Positions 30,574 through 40,438 of a DNA stretch of 64,000 nt are shown piece by piece (position 1 is the first letter of the stretch; every line of letters begins with the position of its first letter). A program made the position numbers and the translations under genes. The DNA comes from an uncultured Bacillota bacterium. GTDB taxonomy: Bacteria; Bacillota; DTU025; MWDF01. Under the pieces are notes generated by a model that saw only the letters and a list, made by a program, of their open reading frames with translations, was not told the DNA's origin and made no database searches. The stretch is from the NCBI GenBank assembly GCA_963823655.1, contig CAWGMK010000006.1, forward strand, positions 288,001 to 352,000. Direction: 5' to 3'.

Positions 30574-30791
30574 TCGAATTCCTCCCACTGCAAATTGGTA
30601 TCGCAAATGTAGCTACCGCAAATCAATATACAACTATTGCGGCAAAAGTAAATAAAAACCGCGAAAATTTCCGCCGCCGGCTTTACCCGCTAAAAGCCGC
30701 TGCTGGCAATATTATATCAGAAGCGGCAGCAGCCTTCGCTTGAACATGGGCGGGCATTCTGATGTAATAGCTTTAGGCATCGGGGGAAATG

Positions 30792-31448
30792 ATGGCTTCA
30801 GTGATGAAAGCAGCCCTTCTCGCGGGGGCCGGGGCAGCCGTATGGGCGTTCCGGAGAGATCCTGGGCGGCGTGGGTAAACTGGATATGAATCTCTGTGGG
30901 TTAAGCTTGTGCCAGAGAGCCATGTCGGGCCTGGCGGCAGCTTTTCCGATCCATTCGTTGTAGCAGGCGCTGGATTTGTGCCGGCAAGCCTGTCGGGCGA
31001 AAGGGTGGTCCATGACTATCCTATCGGAACAGGGCCCGCAGCAGGCATTGCGGCGGCTTTGCAGCTAGCTGATGATTGGTGCTTCATTGCGGCGGCAGAT
31101 ATGCCGTTTCTGGACCCGGAGCTGATTTCAACGTTAAGGCAGGAAGTAGAGGCGCTGCCGGATGGCGCGCTTTGCGCAATACCACACTGGAAGAAGGGGA
31201 GGGAGCCGCTTCACGCTTTCTACAGGAAAGGCGCTCTCGGCACGGTAACCGGCTTCCTTGAAACTGGACGCAGGAGCCTTAATGAGCTCACCGATTCGCT
31301 GGATGCCAGGCTTCTGGATGCCGAAAAGGCGGCGCTGGCATGCGGGTCTGATTTGAGCCTTGCTTTTTTCAATGTCAACACTTTAAAGGATTTGGAGGAT
31401 GCGCGCAAAATTATACTTAAGTTGGGCATCCAAGACAAAGCCTATTGA
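30792..31448 (+). CDS. mobA: Molybdenum cofactor guanylyltransferase (5' part frameshifted)
   Basis: LLAG-(frameshift)-GRGSRMG, GPAAGI, AADMPF, EPLHAFY and FFNVNT. Confidence 0.82.
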
Positions 31449-31459
31449 GGAGGCCGTCG

Positions 31460-32250
31460 GTGAAGGACGTACAAAACCAGAAGGACACAAGAGGCATAGG
31501 CATCCAGAACGTCGGAGTGAAAGATGTGCACTTGCCGCTTCTAATAAGGACCAGGGAGGGCGGATTCCAGAGCGTATTGGCCAATGTACAGCTGTCTGTG
31601 GGCCTTCCGATGCATTTCAAGGGCACTCATATGAGCCGTTTCGTGGAGGCGCTGCTGCCCTGGGGAAGCAAGCCGATTTCCAATACCGAACTGCGCCAGC
31701 TTCTAGTAGACACATGCGCAAGGCTTGAAGCGGACGAGGCGGAAGTGAAGATCGGCTTCAAATACTTCGTAGAGAAGAAGGCTCCCGTTTCCGGCAAAGC
31801 GTCGCTTATGGACTACGACTGCACTTTCATAGCCAGGCGGGAGGGCGACAAACACACATTCATACTCGGCCTGGAAGTGCCCGTGACGTCATGCTGCCCT
31901 TGCAGCAAGGAGATTTCGGACTACGGAGCGCACAACCAGCGGACCCTCATAAAAGCACAGGTCAGGTTCCACGGAGGGTTCCTCTGGATTGAGGACCTTG
32001 CGGAGCTGCTGGAGAGAATGGGCAGCTGCCAGCTCTACCCGCTGCTTAAGAGGGAAGATGAGAAGTTCGTGACCGAGCAGGCATACGATAATGCAAAATT
32101 CGTCGAGGATATCCTGAGGGACACTGTAATTGCGCTGAGGGCCGAACCGCTGATTGCCTGGTTCGACTATAGAGTGCGAGAGCATTAGAGTCTATCCATA
32201 ACCACAGTGCGTTCGCAAGGCATATCGAATCGAAGGCGAAGAGCGATTAG
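31460..32250 (+). CDS. folE2: GTP cyclohydrolase FolE2 (3' end frameshifted)
   Basis: KGTHMSRF, CPCSKEISDYGAHNQR, LKREDEKFVTE and KFVED; ESIHNHSAFA follows in a shifted frame. Confidence 0.93.
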
Positions 32251-32262
32251 AAGGAGCCGTAA

Positions 32263-34207
32263 ATGCCAGTCCTGACTATAAATAACCTAAACAAATCCTT
32301 CGGCGCCACCCAGATCCTGAAGGATGTGGGCTGCTCGGTGCACGAAGGGGATAAGATAGCCCTTGTCGGCAGGAACGGCACAGGCAAGACCACACTGGTG
32401 AGGATCATGGCCGGAATCGAAGACTACGATTCCGGGGACATTGCCGTTTCTCAAGGGGCCAAGATGGCCTACCTTTCCCAGACTCCGGAATCTGATCTTG
32501 ATGGGGACCTCCTTTCATTCGCGCTGGAGGCTTTCGCAGACATAGAGCAAACAGAAAACTCCATCGCCCTGCTCTCTGCCGAAATGGCGACATTGGAGCC
32601 GGACTCGCCAGAGCTCAAGGACTCAATGAGAAGGTATGAGAGATTACTTGAGCACATCAGCGCCAAAGACGGCTTCAACAGGGAGTACAAGGCGAAAGCG
32701 GCCCTGTATGGCCTGGGTTTCTGCGAGGATGACCTGGACAGGACCTTGAATACTCTAAGCGGCGGCCAGATGATGAGGGCGTCGCTTGCTAAGCTGCTTC
32801 TCTCCGAGCCGGACCTGATGCTGTTGGACGAGCCCACAAATCACCTTGACCTTGCTTCCACGGAGTGGCTCGAGGCGTTTCTTAAGTCCTATAAGGGCAG
32901 CATGGTGCTTGTGTCACATGACAGGTACTTCCTTGAGGCGGTAGCCGACCACGTATGGGAGATTGAGGGCCTTGCTCTAAAAGCCTATGAGGGCGGATAT
33001 GAGGATTTCGTGGCTCAGAAGGAGTTCAACCTCAAGCACCAGATGGATGAGTTCGCAAGGCAGCAGGAATATATGGAGAAGCTGGCGGATTATATCAGGC
33101 GCTACAAGGCGGGCAACAGGACCACAATGGCCCAGTCAAGGGAGAAGATGCTCGCGAGGATAAAGGCGGTGGCGGTTTCAAGGCCCAGAAAGGCTGCGGA
33201 GCTTGCCATAAGATTTCGGCGAAGTGACCAGGACCGGCAAATACGCGATATCGGCGACAGGCCTTAGCGAAAGCATATGGGCCTCTTAAGCTTTTCTCGG
33301 GGCTGGACCTTCACGTAGAGCGGGGGGAAAGGCTCGGAATCGTAGGCCCTAACGGCTCGGGGAAGACCACACTAATAAGGATTCTTGCCGGGGACCTTTC
33401 GCCCGACAAAGGTGAAGTCAGGCCCGGCGTTAACATGAAGAAGGCGGTGTTCTACCAGGACATCAAGGGCCTTGAGGACAACATGACCGTCCTCGATCAT
33501 ATATACATGAGAAAGCCCTGGACACAGGGCCAGGCCAGGGATTACCTCGCTCGCTTCCTCTTCAGGGGGGATGAGGTGCTCAAGCTTGCAGGGGACCTGT
33601 CCGGCGGCGAGAAGAACAGGCTTCTTCTGGGCATGATGCTGCTGGAAGAGCCAAATCTCATTATCCTAGACGAACCTACCAACCACCTCGATATAGCTTC
33701 GAGGCATGCGCTTGAGGATGCTCTCTCCGATTTCGAAGGGACTGTGATAGTCGCAAGCCATGACAGGTACTTCCTTGATCGGATCGCCACAAGGATACTG
33801 CAAGTGGACGACGGCAAGGCTGAGCTATTCGACGGCAACTTCACTTTCTACAGGCAAGCTCAGGAGAAAGCAGAAGCAGGAGAGGGGGAAGGCCCCGAAG
33901 CTGGAGCAGAAGCGCGAACTGACGCAAAGCAGGAACTCATCGAGGGAGCTGAGAAGGCAGAAGGAGCGCGTGGCCTCGCTGATCGCCGAATCGGAAATAC
34001 GTATCCACGAGCTGGAGCGGCAACTTAAAAGGCATTGAGGGCAAACTCATGGACCCAGAGACTTACAAAGATGCTAAATCCGCCACCGATGCGCAGAAGC
34101 TGCATGACAGGGTAGCTGCGGAGCTGAGCAAGGAATATGAAAGATGGCATGAGTTGGAGTCGCTGAAGTCGGACGATGCGGGAGAAGATGGCATTGGACT
34201 TCAATAA
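32263..34207 (+). CDS. ABC-F ATPase, housekeeping (YdiF/YheS-like) with C-terminal coiled coil; several frameshifts
   Basis: GRNGTGKT, LSGG and LLDEPTNHLD; second NBD GPNGSGKT, LSGGEKNR and LDEPTNHLD. Confidence 0.88.
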
Positions 34208-34284
34208 GTACCTTGCCAGAGGGGGCGAAATATTATAATAAGATAGAATACTGTATACATTGAAAAATTGCGGGAGGGAACACT

Positions 34285-35475
34285 ATGAAGCTTTCGAAAA
34301 GGGCAAAGAGCATCACCCCTTCGCCGACTTTGGCTATGGATGCAAAAACCAAGGAAATGCAGGCATCCGGAATCGACATCGTATCCTTTTGCGTCGGTGA
34401 GCCTGATTTCGACACTCCGCTGTACATACAAGTAGCGGCAATCGATGCAATCAGGGGAGGGCACACCAGGTATACCGCGGGTTCAGGCACGCTTGAGCTT
34501 AGAAACGCTGTGGTAGCCAAGTACAAGAGGGAATGCAATGTAGACTATACGGCCGGTCAGGTCATAGTCTCAAGCGGTGCCAAGCACAGCTTGTACAATG
34601 CCTGCCTTGCGGTCTGCGATGACGGTGATGAGGTTATAGTGCCGGCGCCTTACTGGGTAAGCTACCCCGACATGGTTAAGCTTGCAGGCGGCGTCCCGGT
34701 CATTATGGACACGACAGACGCCGATTTCAAGGTGACGCCCGAATGCCTTGAGAAGCACATAACGCCCAAAACGAAGGCGATTATACTCAACAGCCCCTCA
34801 AACCCCAGCGGCGCGGTCTACACCGAGGCCGAACTCAGGGCAATTGCTGATGTTATTGTTAAGCATGATATAATACTCATCTCGGATGATATTTACGAGG
34901 CGCTCGTGTATGGCGGAAGCAAGTATATCTGCGTGTCGTCGTTCGGTGAGGAAGTGTACAATCGCACCATAGTAGTCAACGGAGTATCCAAGTCTTATGC
35001 GATGACCGGCTGGAGGATAGGCTACGCTCTTGGACCCAAGGACGTTATCAAGGCCATGGGCGACATCCAGAGCCATACAACATCCTGTCCCAGCTCGATT
35101 AGCCAGAAGGCATCGTTCAAGGCCCTAACCGGAGACCAGGCTCCCATGCGCGCCATGGTGGAGCAATTCAAAGCCAGATGCGAATACATGTCCGAGAGGT
35201 TGGCAAGTATGCCTGGTATCGAATGCCCGAAACCGGTCGGAGCCTTCTACTGTTTCCCGAAGGTGTCTAGCTATTTCGGCAAGTCGGTCGACGGGATGTT
35301 GATAAAGGACTCCAATGACTTCTCTGCCGCTTTGCTAGACAAAGCCCACGTGGCAGTCGTGGCCGGGAGCGCATTCGGTTCCGACGAATATATCAGGCTT
35401 TCGTACGCCACATCCATGGAGTTGATAAAAGAGGGCCTTAATCGAATGGAAAAACTGCTGGCGAGGATGAACTAG
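34285..35475 (+). CDS. aspB: Class I PLP aminotransferase (aspartate aminotransferase-like)
   Basis: GEPDFDTP, NSPSNPSG, SKSYAMTGWRIGY and IRLSYATS. Confidence 0.88.
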   Translation: MKLSKRAKSITPSPTLAMDAKTKEMQASGIDIVSFCVGEPDFDTPLYIQVAAIDAIRGGHTRYTAGSGTLELRNAVVAKYKRECNVDYTAGQVIVSSGAKHSLYNACLAVCDDGDEVIVPAPYWVSYPDMVKLAGGVPVIMDTTDADFKVTPECLEKHITPKTKAIILNSPSNPSGAVYTEAELRAIADVIVKHDIILISDDIYEALVYGGSKYICVSSFGEEVYNRTIVVNGVSKSYAMTGWRIGYALGPKDVIKAMGDIQSHTTSCPSSISQKASFKALTGDQAPMRAMVEQFKARCEYMSERLASMPGIECPKPVGAFYCFPKVSSYFGKSVDGMLIKDSNDFSAALLDKAHVAVVAGSAFGSDEYIRLSYATSMELIKEGLNRMEKLLARMN

Positions 35476-35504
35476 GCTAAATAACAAATTTCGGAGGTGT
35501 TTTT

Positions 35505-36320
35505 TTGCGTATTGGCGTCATAGGAGGAACAGGGGCTGACAAGCCCGAAATGCTCTCCGATGTTAGGGACATTTACGTCAAGACAATTTTCGGCGACGTA
35601 GTAGCGTATTCCGGCAAGCTAGACTGCGAAGAGGTCGTCTTCCTTGCCAGGCACAGCTCAGGGCACACTGTTGCGCCCCACAGGATAAACTACAGGGCAA
35701 ATATCGCAGCTTTAAAAGTGCTCGGGGTAGAGAGGATTATTGCCACCGCAGCTGTAGGGTCTCTTAATCAATCAATGCCTCCGGGCTGTTTCGTAATCCC
35801 GGACCAGTTTATTGACAACACGTGGGGAAGGCCGGTCCAGTTCTTCGACGAGGGGGAATGGGCCGTCACGCACCTTGACATGACTGCGCCTTACTGCACG
35901 CAGATGAGGAGCACCATCGCAAGGGCTTGTGAAACGGCGAAGGTAAAGCACCTGGACAGCGGCTGCTATGTCTGCTTCCAGGGGCCCAGGTATGAGACTC
36001 CTGCGGAAATCAGGATGTACTCCAAGCTGGGCGGAGATATCGCGGGCATGACGCATGTCCCCGAGATCGTACTGGCAAGGGAGGCCGAGATGTGCTACGG
36101 CGGGATTGCCCTTGTTACAAACTGGGGCGCAGGCATATCCAAGCAGTCTTTGAGCCACACTGAAGTATCGGAAATGATGGAATATGCCAAATCGAGGCTT
36201 CTTGAAATCATAGCCGAGTCGATCAGGACCATGCCGCATGACAAGCAGTGCCACTGCGGCAATTCCCTGGACGAGATGGTATCTTGGGGCCGCAAGAGGC
36301 CTGATTTCTCGGCCCGATAG
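35505..36320 (+). CDS. mtnP: MTAP-family purine nucleoside phosphorylase (probably methylthioinosine-type)
   Basis: IGVIGGTG, FLARH, INYRANI, GPRYETPAE, GMT and VTNWGAG. Confidence 0.85.
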   Translation: MRIGVIGGTGADKPEMLSDVRDIYVKTIFGDVVAYSGKLDCEEVVFLARHSSGHTVAPHRINYRANIAALKVLGVERIIATAAVGSLNQSMPPGCFVIPDQFIDNTWGRPVQFFDEGEWAVTHLDMTAPYCTQMRSTIARACETAKVKHLDSGCYVCFQGPRYETPAEIRMYSKLGGDIAGMTHVPEIVLAREAEMCYGGIALVTNWGAGISKQSLSHTEVSEMMEYAKSRLLEIIAESIRTMPHDKQCHCGNSLDEMVSWGRKRPDFSAR

Positions 36321-36330
36321 AGGTGCGGCC

Positions 36331-37644
36331 ATGAAAGTCGATTTCCAAATCAGATGCAAGGCTCTGGTTCCGATGGCTGAAGGGATGAATGACTGCTACA
36401 AGGACGCGGCCATCCTTATAAAAGGAAGCAGGATCTACTGGTCGGGTGAATACGCAAAGCTTCCCGTCGGAATCGAAGCGGACACAGTAATTGATTTCCC
36501 CGATTTCATTGCGATGCCGGGCCTTGTAAACACGCACACTCACGCTGCAATGGTGCTTTTGAGAGGATTCGGGGACGATTTGGCATTGCAGGAGTGGCTT
36601 ACTACCAAGGTCTTTCCCGCAGAGGCAGGGCTTACGGCGGACGATGTCTACTGGGGTACCTTGCTCGCGTCGATAGAAATGGTAAAGTCGGGGTGTACGG
36701 CTTTCGCCGATATGTACTTCTACATGGACAGCGCCGCAGAAGCAGTTGCCGACAGCGGACTTAGGGCAGCGCTTGCAAGAAGCGTATCCAGCATAACGGA
36801 TCCTGACTTTGCCAAGCTTCAGGAATCGCTCGATTTCTGCAAGAGGTGGGATGGGGTGGCAGACGGCAGGATCACTGCGCTAATGTCCCCTCACTCGCTT
36901 TATACCTGCTCACCTGAATATGCAGCAAAACTGGCGGCGATCGCCAAGGATAACGGCCTTGGCATTCATACCCATCTTGCCGAGACCAGGCGCGAAGAGA
37001 AGTATGCCATCGAGACATTCGGCAAGAGCACGGCTGCAAAGATGATGGAAGTAGGCCTTTTCGACATTAAGGCCCTTGCCGCCCACTGCGTATGGCTTTC
37101 GGATGAAGACATGGACATACTTGCCGAAAAAGATGTTAAAGTGGCCCATAACCCCGGGTCCAATACTAAGCTTGCCTCCGGCATCGCAAGGGTCGCAGAA
37201 ATGCAAAAGAGGGGGATAACTGTTGGTCTTGGAACAGATGGCGCATCCTCCAACAACAACCTGGACATGATGGAGGAGATAAGGCTCGCGACTCTGCTGG
37301 CAAAAGTGTCATCCCTGGATCCTACTGCTTTGCCCGCCAAGCAAGTGCTGAGGATGGCAACGGCCGACGGGGCAAAGTGCCTGCTATCAGACGGTTCTTT
37401 CGGGGCGCTTTCCGCCGGGATGAAAGCGGACATTGCTTTCGTGGACACTAGGGGCGAACATATGGTGCCTGAGCATGACGCGATTTCGAACATTGTCTAC
37501 TCAGCAAGGGGATCTGACATCGACACAGTGTTCATTGACGGTAAGATGGTCCTTGCCAGCCGGAAAATGCTCACAATTGATGAGAATGAAGTCAAGCGCC
37601 AGTGCGCTGAAAGGGCAGCCAGGCTCGTATCCGGATTGAGCTGA
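36331..37644 (+). CDS. mtaD: 5'-methylthioadenosine/SAH deaminase-like amidohydrolase
   Basis: PGLVNTHTH, PHSLYTC, HTHLAET, AAHCVW and GTDGASSNNNLD; adjacent to mtnP. Confidence 0.82.
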   Translation: MKVDFQIRCKALVPMAEGMNDCYKDAAILIKGSRIYWSGEYAKLPVGIEADTVIDFPDFIAMPGLVNTHTHAAMVLLRGFGDDLALQEWLTTKVFPAEAGLTADDVYWGTLLASIEMVKSGCTAFADMYFYMDSAAEAVADSGLRAALARSVSSITDPDFAKLQESLDFCKRWDGVADGRITALMSPHSLYTCSPEYAAKLAAIAKDNGLGIHTHLAETRREEKYAIETFGKSTAAKMMEVGLFDIKALAAHCVWLSDEDMDILAEKDVKVAHNPGSNTKLASGIARVAEMQKRGITVGLGTDGASSNNNLDMMEEIRLATLLAKVSSLDPTALPAKQVLRMATADGAKCLLSDGSFGALSAGMKADIAFVDTRGEHMVPEHDAISNIVYSARGSDIDTVFIDGKMVLASRKMLTIDENEVKRQCAERAARLVSGLS

Positions 37645-37650
37645 ACACTA

Positions 37651-37679
37651 TTGCCATACAGCAGCGCATTTGATATACT
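37651..37679 (+). promoter_or_regulatory. Sigma70 promoter of the tRNA pair
   Basis: TTGCCA-17 nt-TATACT with extended -10 TG. Confidence 0.75.
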
Positions 37680-37700
37680 AATCCTCGCGTGATTTGGCTA

Positions 37701-37774
37701 TGGGGAGTCGTCTAATGGTAGGACGTCAGACTCTGGATTTGATTATGAGGGTTCGAATCCTTCCTCCCCAGCCA
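37701..37774 (+). tRNA. tRNA-Gln (anticodon CTG)
   Basis: Acceptor stem TGGGGAG/CTCCCCA, anticodon loop CT-CTG-GA, GTTCGAATC and 3' CCA. Confidence 0.95.
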
Positions 37775-37781
37775 ATATAGT

Positions 37782-37857
37782 GGCCCCGTGGTCTAGTGGT
37801 CTAGGACATCGCCCTCTCAAGGCGGGGACACGGGTTCGAACCCCGTCGGGGCTACCA
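37782..37857 (+). tRNA. tRNA-Glu (anticodon CTC)
   Basis: Acceptor stem GGCCCCG/CGGGGCT, loop CT-CTC-AA, GTTCGAA and 3' CCA. Confidence 0.95.
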
Positions 37858-37869
37858 ACAATGAGATTG

Positions 37870-37906
37870 AATGCCGGGCATTTTTAAGATGCCCGGCATT
37901 TCTTTT
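37870..37906 (+). terminator. Terminator after the tRNAs
   Basis: AATGCCGGGCAT/ATGCCCGGCATT followed by TCTTTT. Confidence 0.85.
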
Positions 37907-37984
37907 CACCTCAGATGACATACTAAGTGTCGATGAAAACCCGCTGTCGGCCCGAATAGAATAGGGCCAGGGAGGTGGGATTAT

Positions 37985-38992
37985 ATGAATAGAAGAAATC
38001 TGGTATTCGTAGTGCTGCTTTTAATTATCGCGGCCATGGCTGGAGGTTGTACACAGTCAGGCACTGGGGACTTGAGCGTAAGCATTGAAAGCGCCGAGTT
38101 GATATCCGCATCCGGTTTCGGAATAAGCCAGGTGCTAATAACGGCGAGAAACGCGGGGGTAGTTCTAAACGCCTCCATCGACTTTGCCTCAGGCCAGACT
38201 GCATGCGACTTCCAATCTGTACTCTCAGGTATCTGGACGGTAGAGGCGAACGGCATGGATTCAAGCGGCAAGGCGGTCTATTACGGCAAAGCCACTGTCG
38301 TGGTGGAGAGCGGAACTAGCGCTGCGGCGAACCTGATACTAATGCCTATAAACGGCGAATACGAGATGAGCATCGATCTGTCCGATGTAGACACAGCAAA
38401 AGTCGCCTCGGCAGAAATTTGGGTGTACCCGTTCGGGATCGGAAGCTACACGAAAAAGCATGTAATAACAGGAGAGATAAACAAGGTTCATACTGTATCT
38501 GCCACCGGCATAAAACCACAGTCCTATGAGTTCCAGATCCGTCTTTTCGACATTTCCGGCGAGAGCTATTACTTGAGCCCATGGTACACTTTCGACATCT
38601 TTCCCGCTTCCAAGACATATGTTTCAGCGGGCTTGGAGTACTCAACATTTACTGTCGGCATATCCCTTGAAGATATGCCGGAGCGGCCCATTATTGGATC
38701 AGTGATGGCATCTGTAGCTGGAGGGACGCTTAACGTCGAGATGTCCTGGACCCAGCCTGGCGCGGGGGAGCTGGAGAGCGCAATTGTTTATGTCAGGTTC
38801 TATGAGACGGAGCGTTATGATTCTGCATACGTCTATATGCCTGCAATAATGGAGGAAACAGTTACGGGAGTGCAGTTTAGCGTCGACAGCGATGACTTCC
38901 TATCCAGCGGAAAGATGTGGCTCAAGATAGTGACGGTCGGAAAGAATTCGATGAGAAGCTTTTCGAGCGACGAAGTCGAATATCAGCCCTAG
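37985..38992 (+). CDS. Hypothetical lipoprotein with beta-sandwich domains
   Basis: GGAGGTG SD; MNRRN + hydrophobic stretch + AGG-C lipobox-like site; beta-strand-rich body. Confidence 0.65.
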   Translation: MNRRNLVFVVLLLIIAAMAGGCTQSGTGDLSVSIESAELISASGFGISQVLITARNAGVVLNASIDFASGQTACDFQSVLSGIWTVEANGMDSSGKAVYYGKATVVVESGTSAAANLILMPINGEYEMSIDLSDVDTAKVASAEIWVYPFGIGSYTKKHVITGEINKVHTVSATGIKPQSYEFQIRLFDISGESYYLSPWYTFDIFPASKTYVSAGLEYSTFTVGISLEDMPERPIIGSVMASVAGGTLNVEMSWTQPGAGELESAIVYVRFYETERYDSAYVYMPAIMEETVTGVQFSVDSDDFLSSGKMWLKIVTVGKNSMRSFSSDEVEYQP

Positions 38993-39004
38993 TATAAGCA
39001 GCAG

Positions 39005-39034
39005 GCCGGCGGCATAAAAGAAATGCCGCCGGCC
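39005..39034. terminator. Hairpin between convergent genes
   Basis: GGCCGGCGGCAT/ATGCCGCCGGCC inverted repeat. Confidence 0.7.
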
Positions 39035-39047
39035 GAAATCTTTGGAA

Positions 39048-40424
39048 CTAGATGCCGATTATCAATCTCGCCGTTGTGAAGTACACTATAAGGCCCAGGG
39101 CATCTACTACCGTTGTGATCAGAGGCCCTGCGATTACCGCCGGGTCAAGCTTCATGTACGAGGCAAGTATGGGAAGCCCGGCGCCGGCCATCGAACCTAT
39201 GGTCACGGTGAAGAGTACGGATATGCCAATTGTTAGGCCCATGGAAAGCCAGTCCACCCCGGCATGCGGGATGATGAATGAGAGCGCAATGCCTGCGATC
39301 CCGGTAACCAGTCCCAGCATCAGGCCTACTCTTGCCTCTTTCAATATGATCGACACACCATCTTTGATCTTTACGTCCTTCAATGCGAGAGACCTTATTA
39401 CCAGGGCCGATGCCTGCGAACCTGCATTGCCTCCGCATCCGATAAGCAGAGGTATGAAGAAAGTCAGCGCCACAACAGACTCAAGGGACTTCTCGAAGCC
39501 TTTCATGATGAAACCGCTGGAAAGGTCCGCGAAGAACAGGATTATCAGCCATATGACTCTGTTCTTCCAGTGTTTGACCGTCTTAGTAGCCTGATAAGTA
39601 TCCTCAGACGAGATGGTGCCTGCCATCCTCTGAATGTCTTCTGTAGCCTCTTCCTCAACTACTTGGAGTATGTCGTCAGCAGTGATTATTCCCGTAAGCC
39701 TGTCATCGGAATCAACGACCGGAAGGGCTGAGAAACCGTACTTCTTGAATAAGCCCGCCGCTTCCTCCTGGTCGCTGTCCACATGGACTTTTACGATCTT
39801 CCTGTGCATGATCTCCCCGACGGTCAGCATCGGATTGGCCACTACCAAGTCCCTGAGGGACAGGAGGCCTACTAGCCTTTCGTCGGAGTCAACCACGAAG
39901 ATGTCATTCAGAGTCTGAGCTTCGGCACCGCACTTTTTTATATGTATCAGGGCTTTCTCCACCCCTGTAGAAGGGGAGAGGGCGATGAACTCTGTGCCCA
40001 TGATGCCGCCGGAGCTGTCATCCTCATAGCTCAGCAGCTCCTTGAACTCCTGGGCCTCTTCTTTGTCGAAGTTGCTAAGTATGTCGGCCGCATGCTCTTC
40101 ATCCAGCTCAGAGAGCAAGTCGGTGGCATCGTCAGATTCCATTTCGCCTATGATGTCTGATGCTTTGCCTGCGTCCATCTCGGAGACCAATTCCGTCTGT
40201 TCCTCGGTATCCAGCTCCTCGAGAATGTCCGCTGCAAGTTCCAGGGGCAGCTTTTCGAAGAGGGCCTTGCGCTCTTCATCGCCCAGCATCGTATAGACTT
40301 CGGCGAGGTCGGCCGCATGCTGGTCCTCTACATAAGATATGAGCGATGATTGGTCGCCTGAAAGCAGACGGTCGCGTATTTCCTGGAGGATGCCCAGTAT
40401 CCTTGCCCTTGTCTCCTCGTTCAT
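39048..40424 (-). CDS. mgtE: Magnesium transporter MgtE (second paralog)
   Basis: Start MNEETRAR; acidic N-domain, CBS pair, GGNAGSQ and DPAVIAGPLITTVVD. Confidence 0.93.
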   Translation of the reverse strand: MNEETRARILGILQEIRDRLLSGDQSSLISYVEDQHAADLAEVYTMLGDEERKALFEKLPLELAADILEELDTEEQTELVSEMDAGKASDIIGEMESDDATDLLSELDEEHAADILSNFDKEEAQEFKELLSYEDDSSGGIMGTEFIALSPSTGVEKALIHIKKCGAEAQTLNDIFVVDSDERLVGLLSLRDLVVANPMLTVGEIMHRKIVKVHVDSDQEEAAGLFKKYGFSALPVVDSDDRLTGIITADDILQVVEEEATEDIQRMAGTISSEDTYQATKTVKHWKNRVIWLIILFFADLSSGFIMKGFEKSLESVVALTFFIPLLIGCGGNAGSQASALVIRSLALKDVKIKDGVSIILKEARVGLMLGLVTGIAGIALSFIIPHAGVDWLSMGLTIGISVLFTVTIGSMAGAGLPILASYMKLDPAVIAGPLITTVVDALGLIVYFTTARLIIGI

Positions 40425-40438
40425 GCTCCGCCCCCCTT

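Noticed and set aside
30610-30790. Inverted repeats upstream of mobA as a Moco riboswitch
   Set aside because: Short inverted repeats exist, but the conserved Moco motif elements are not visible.
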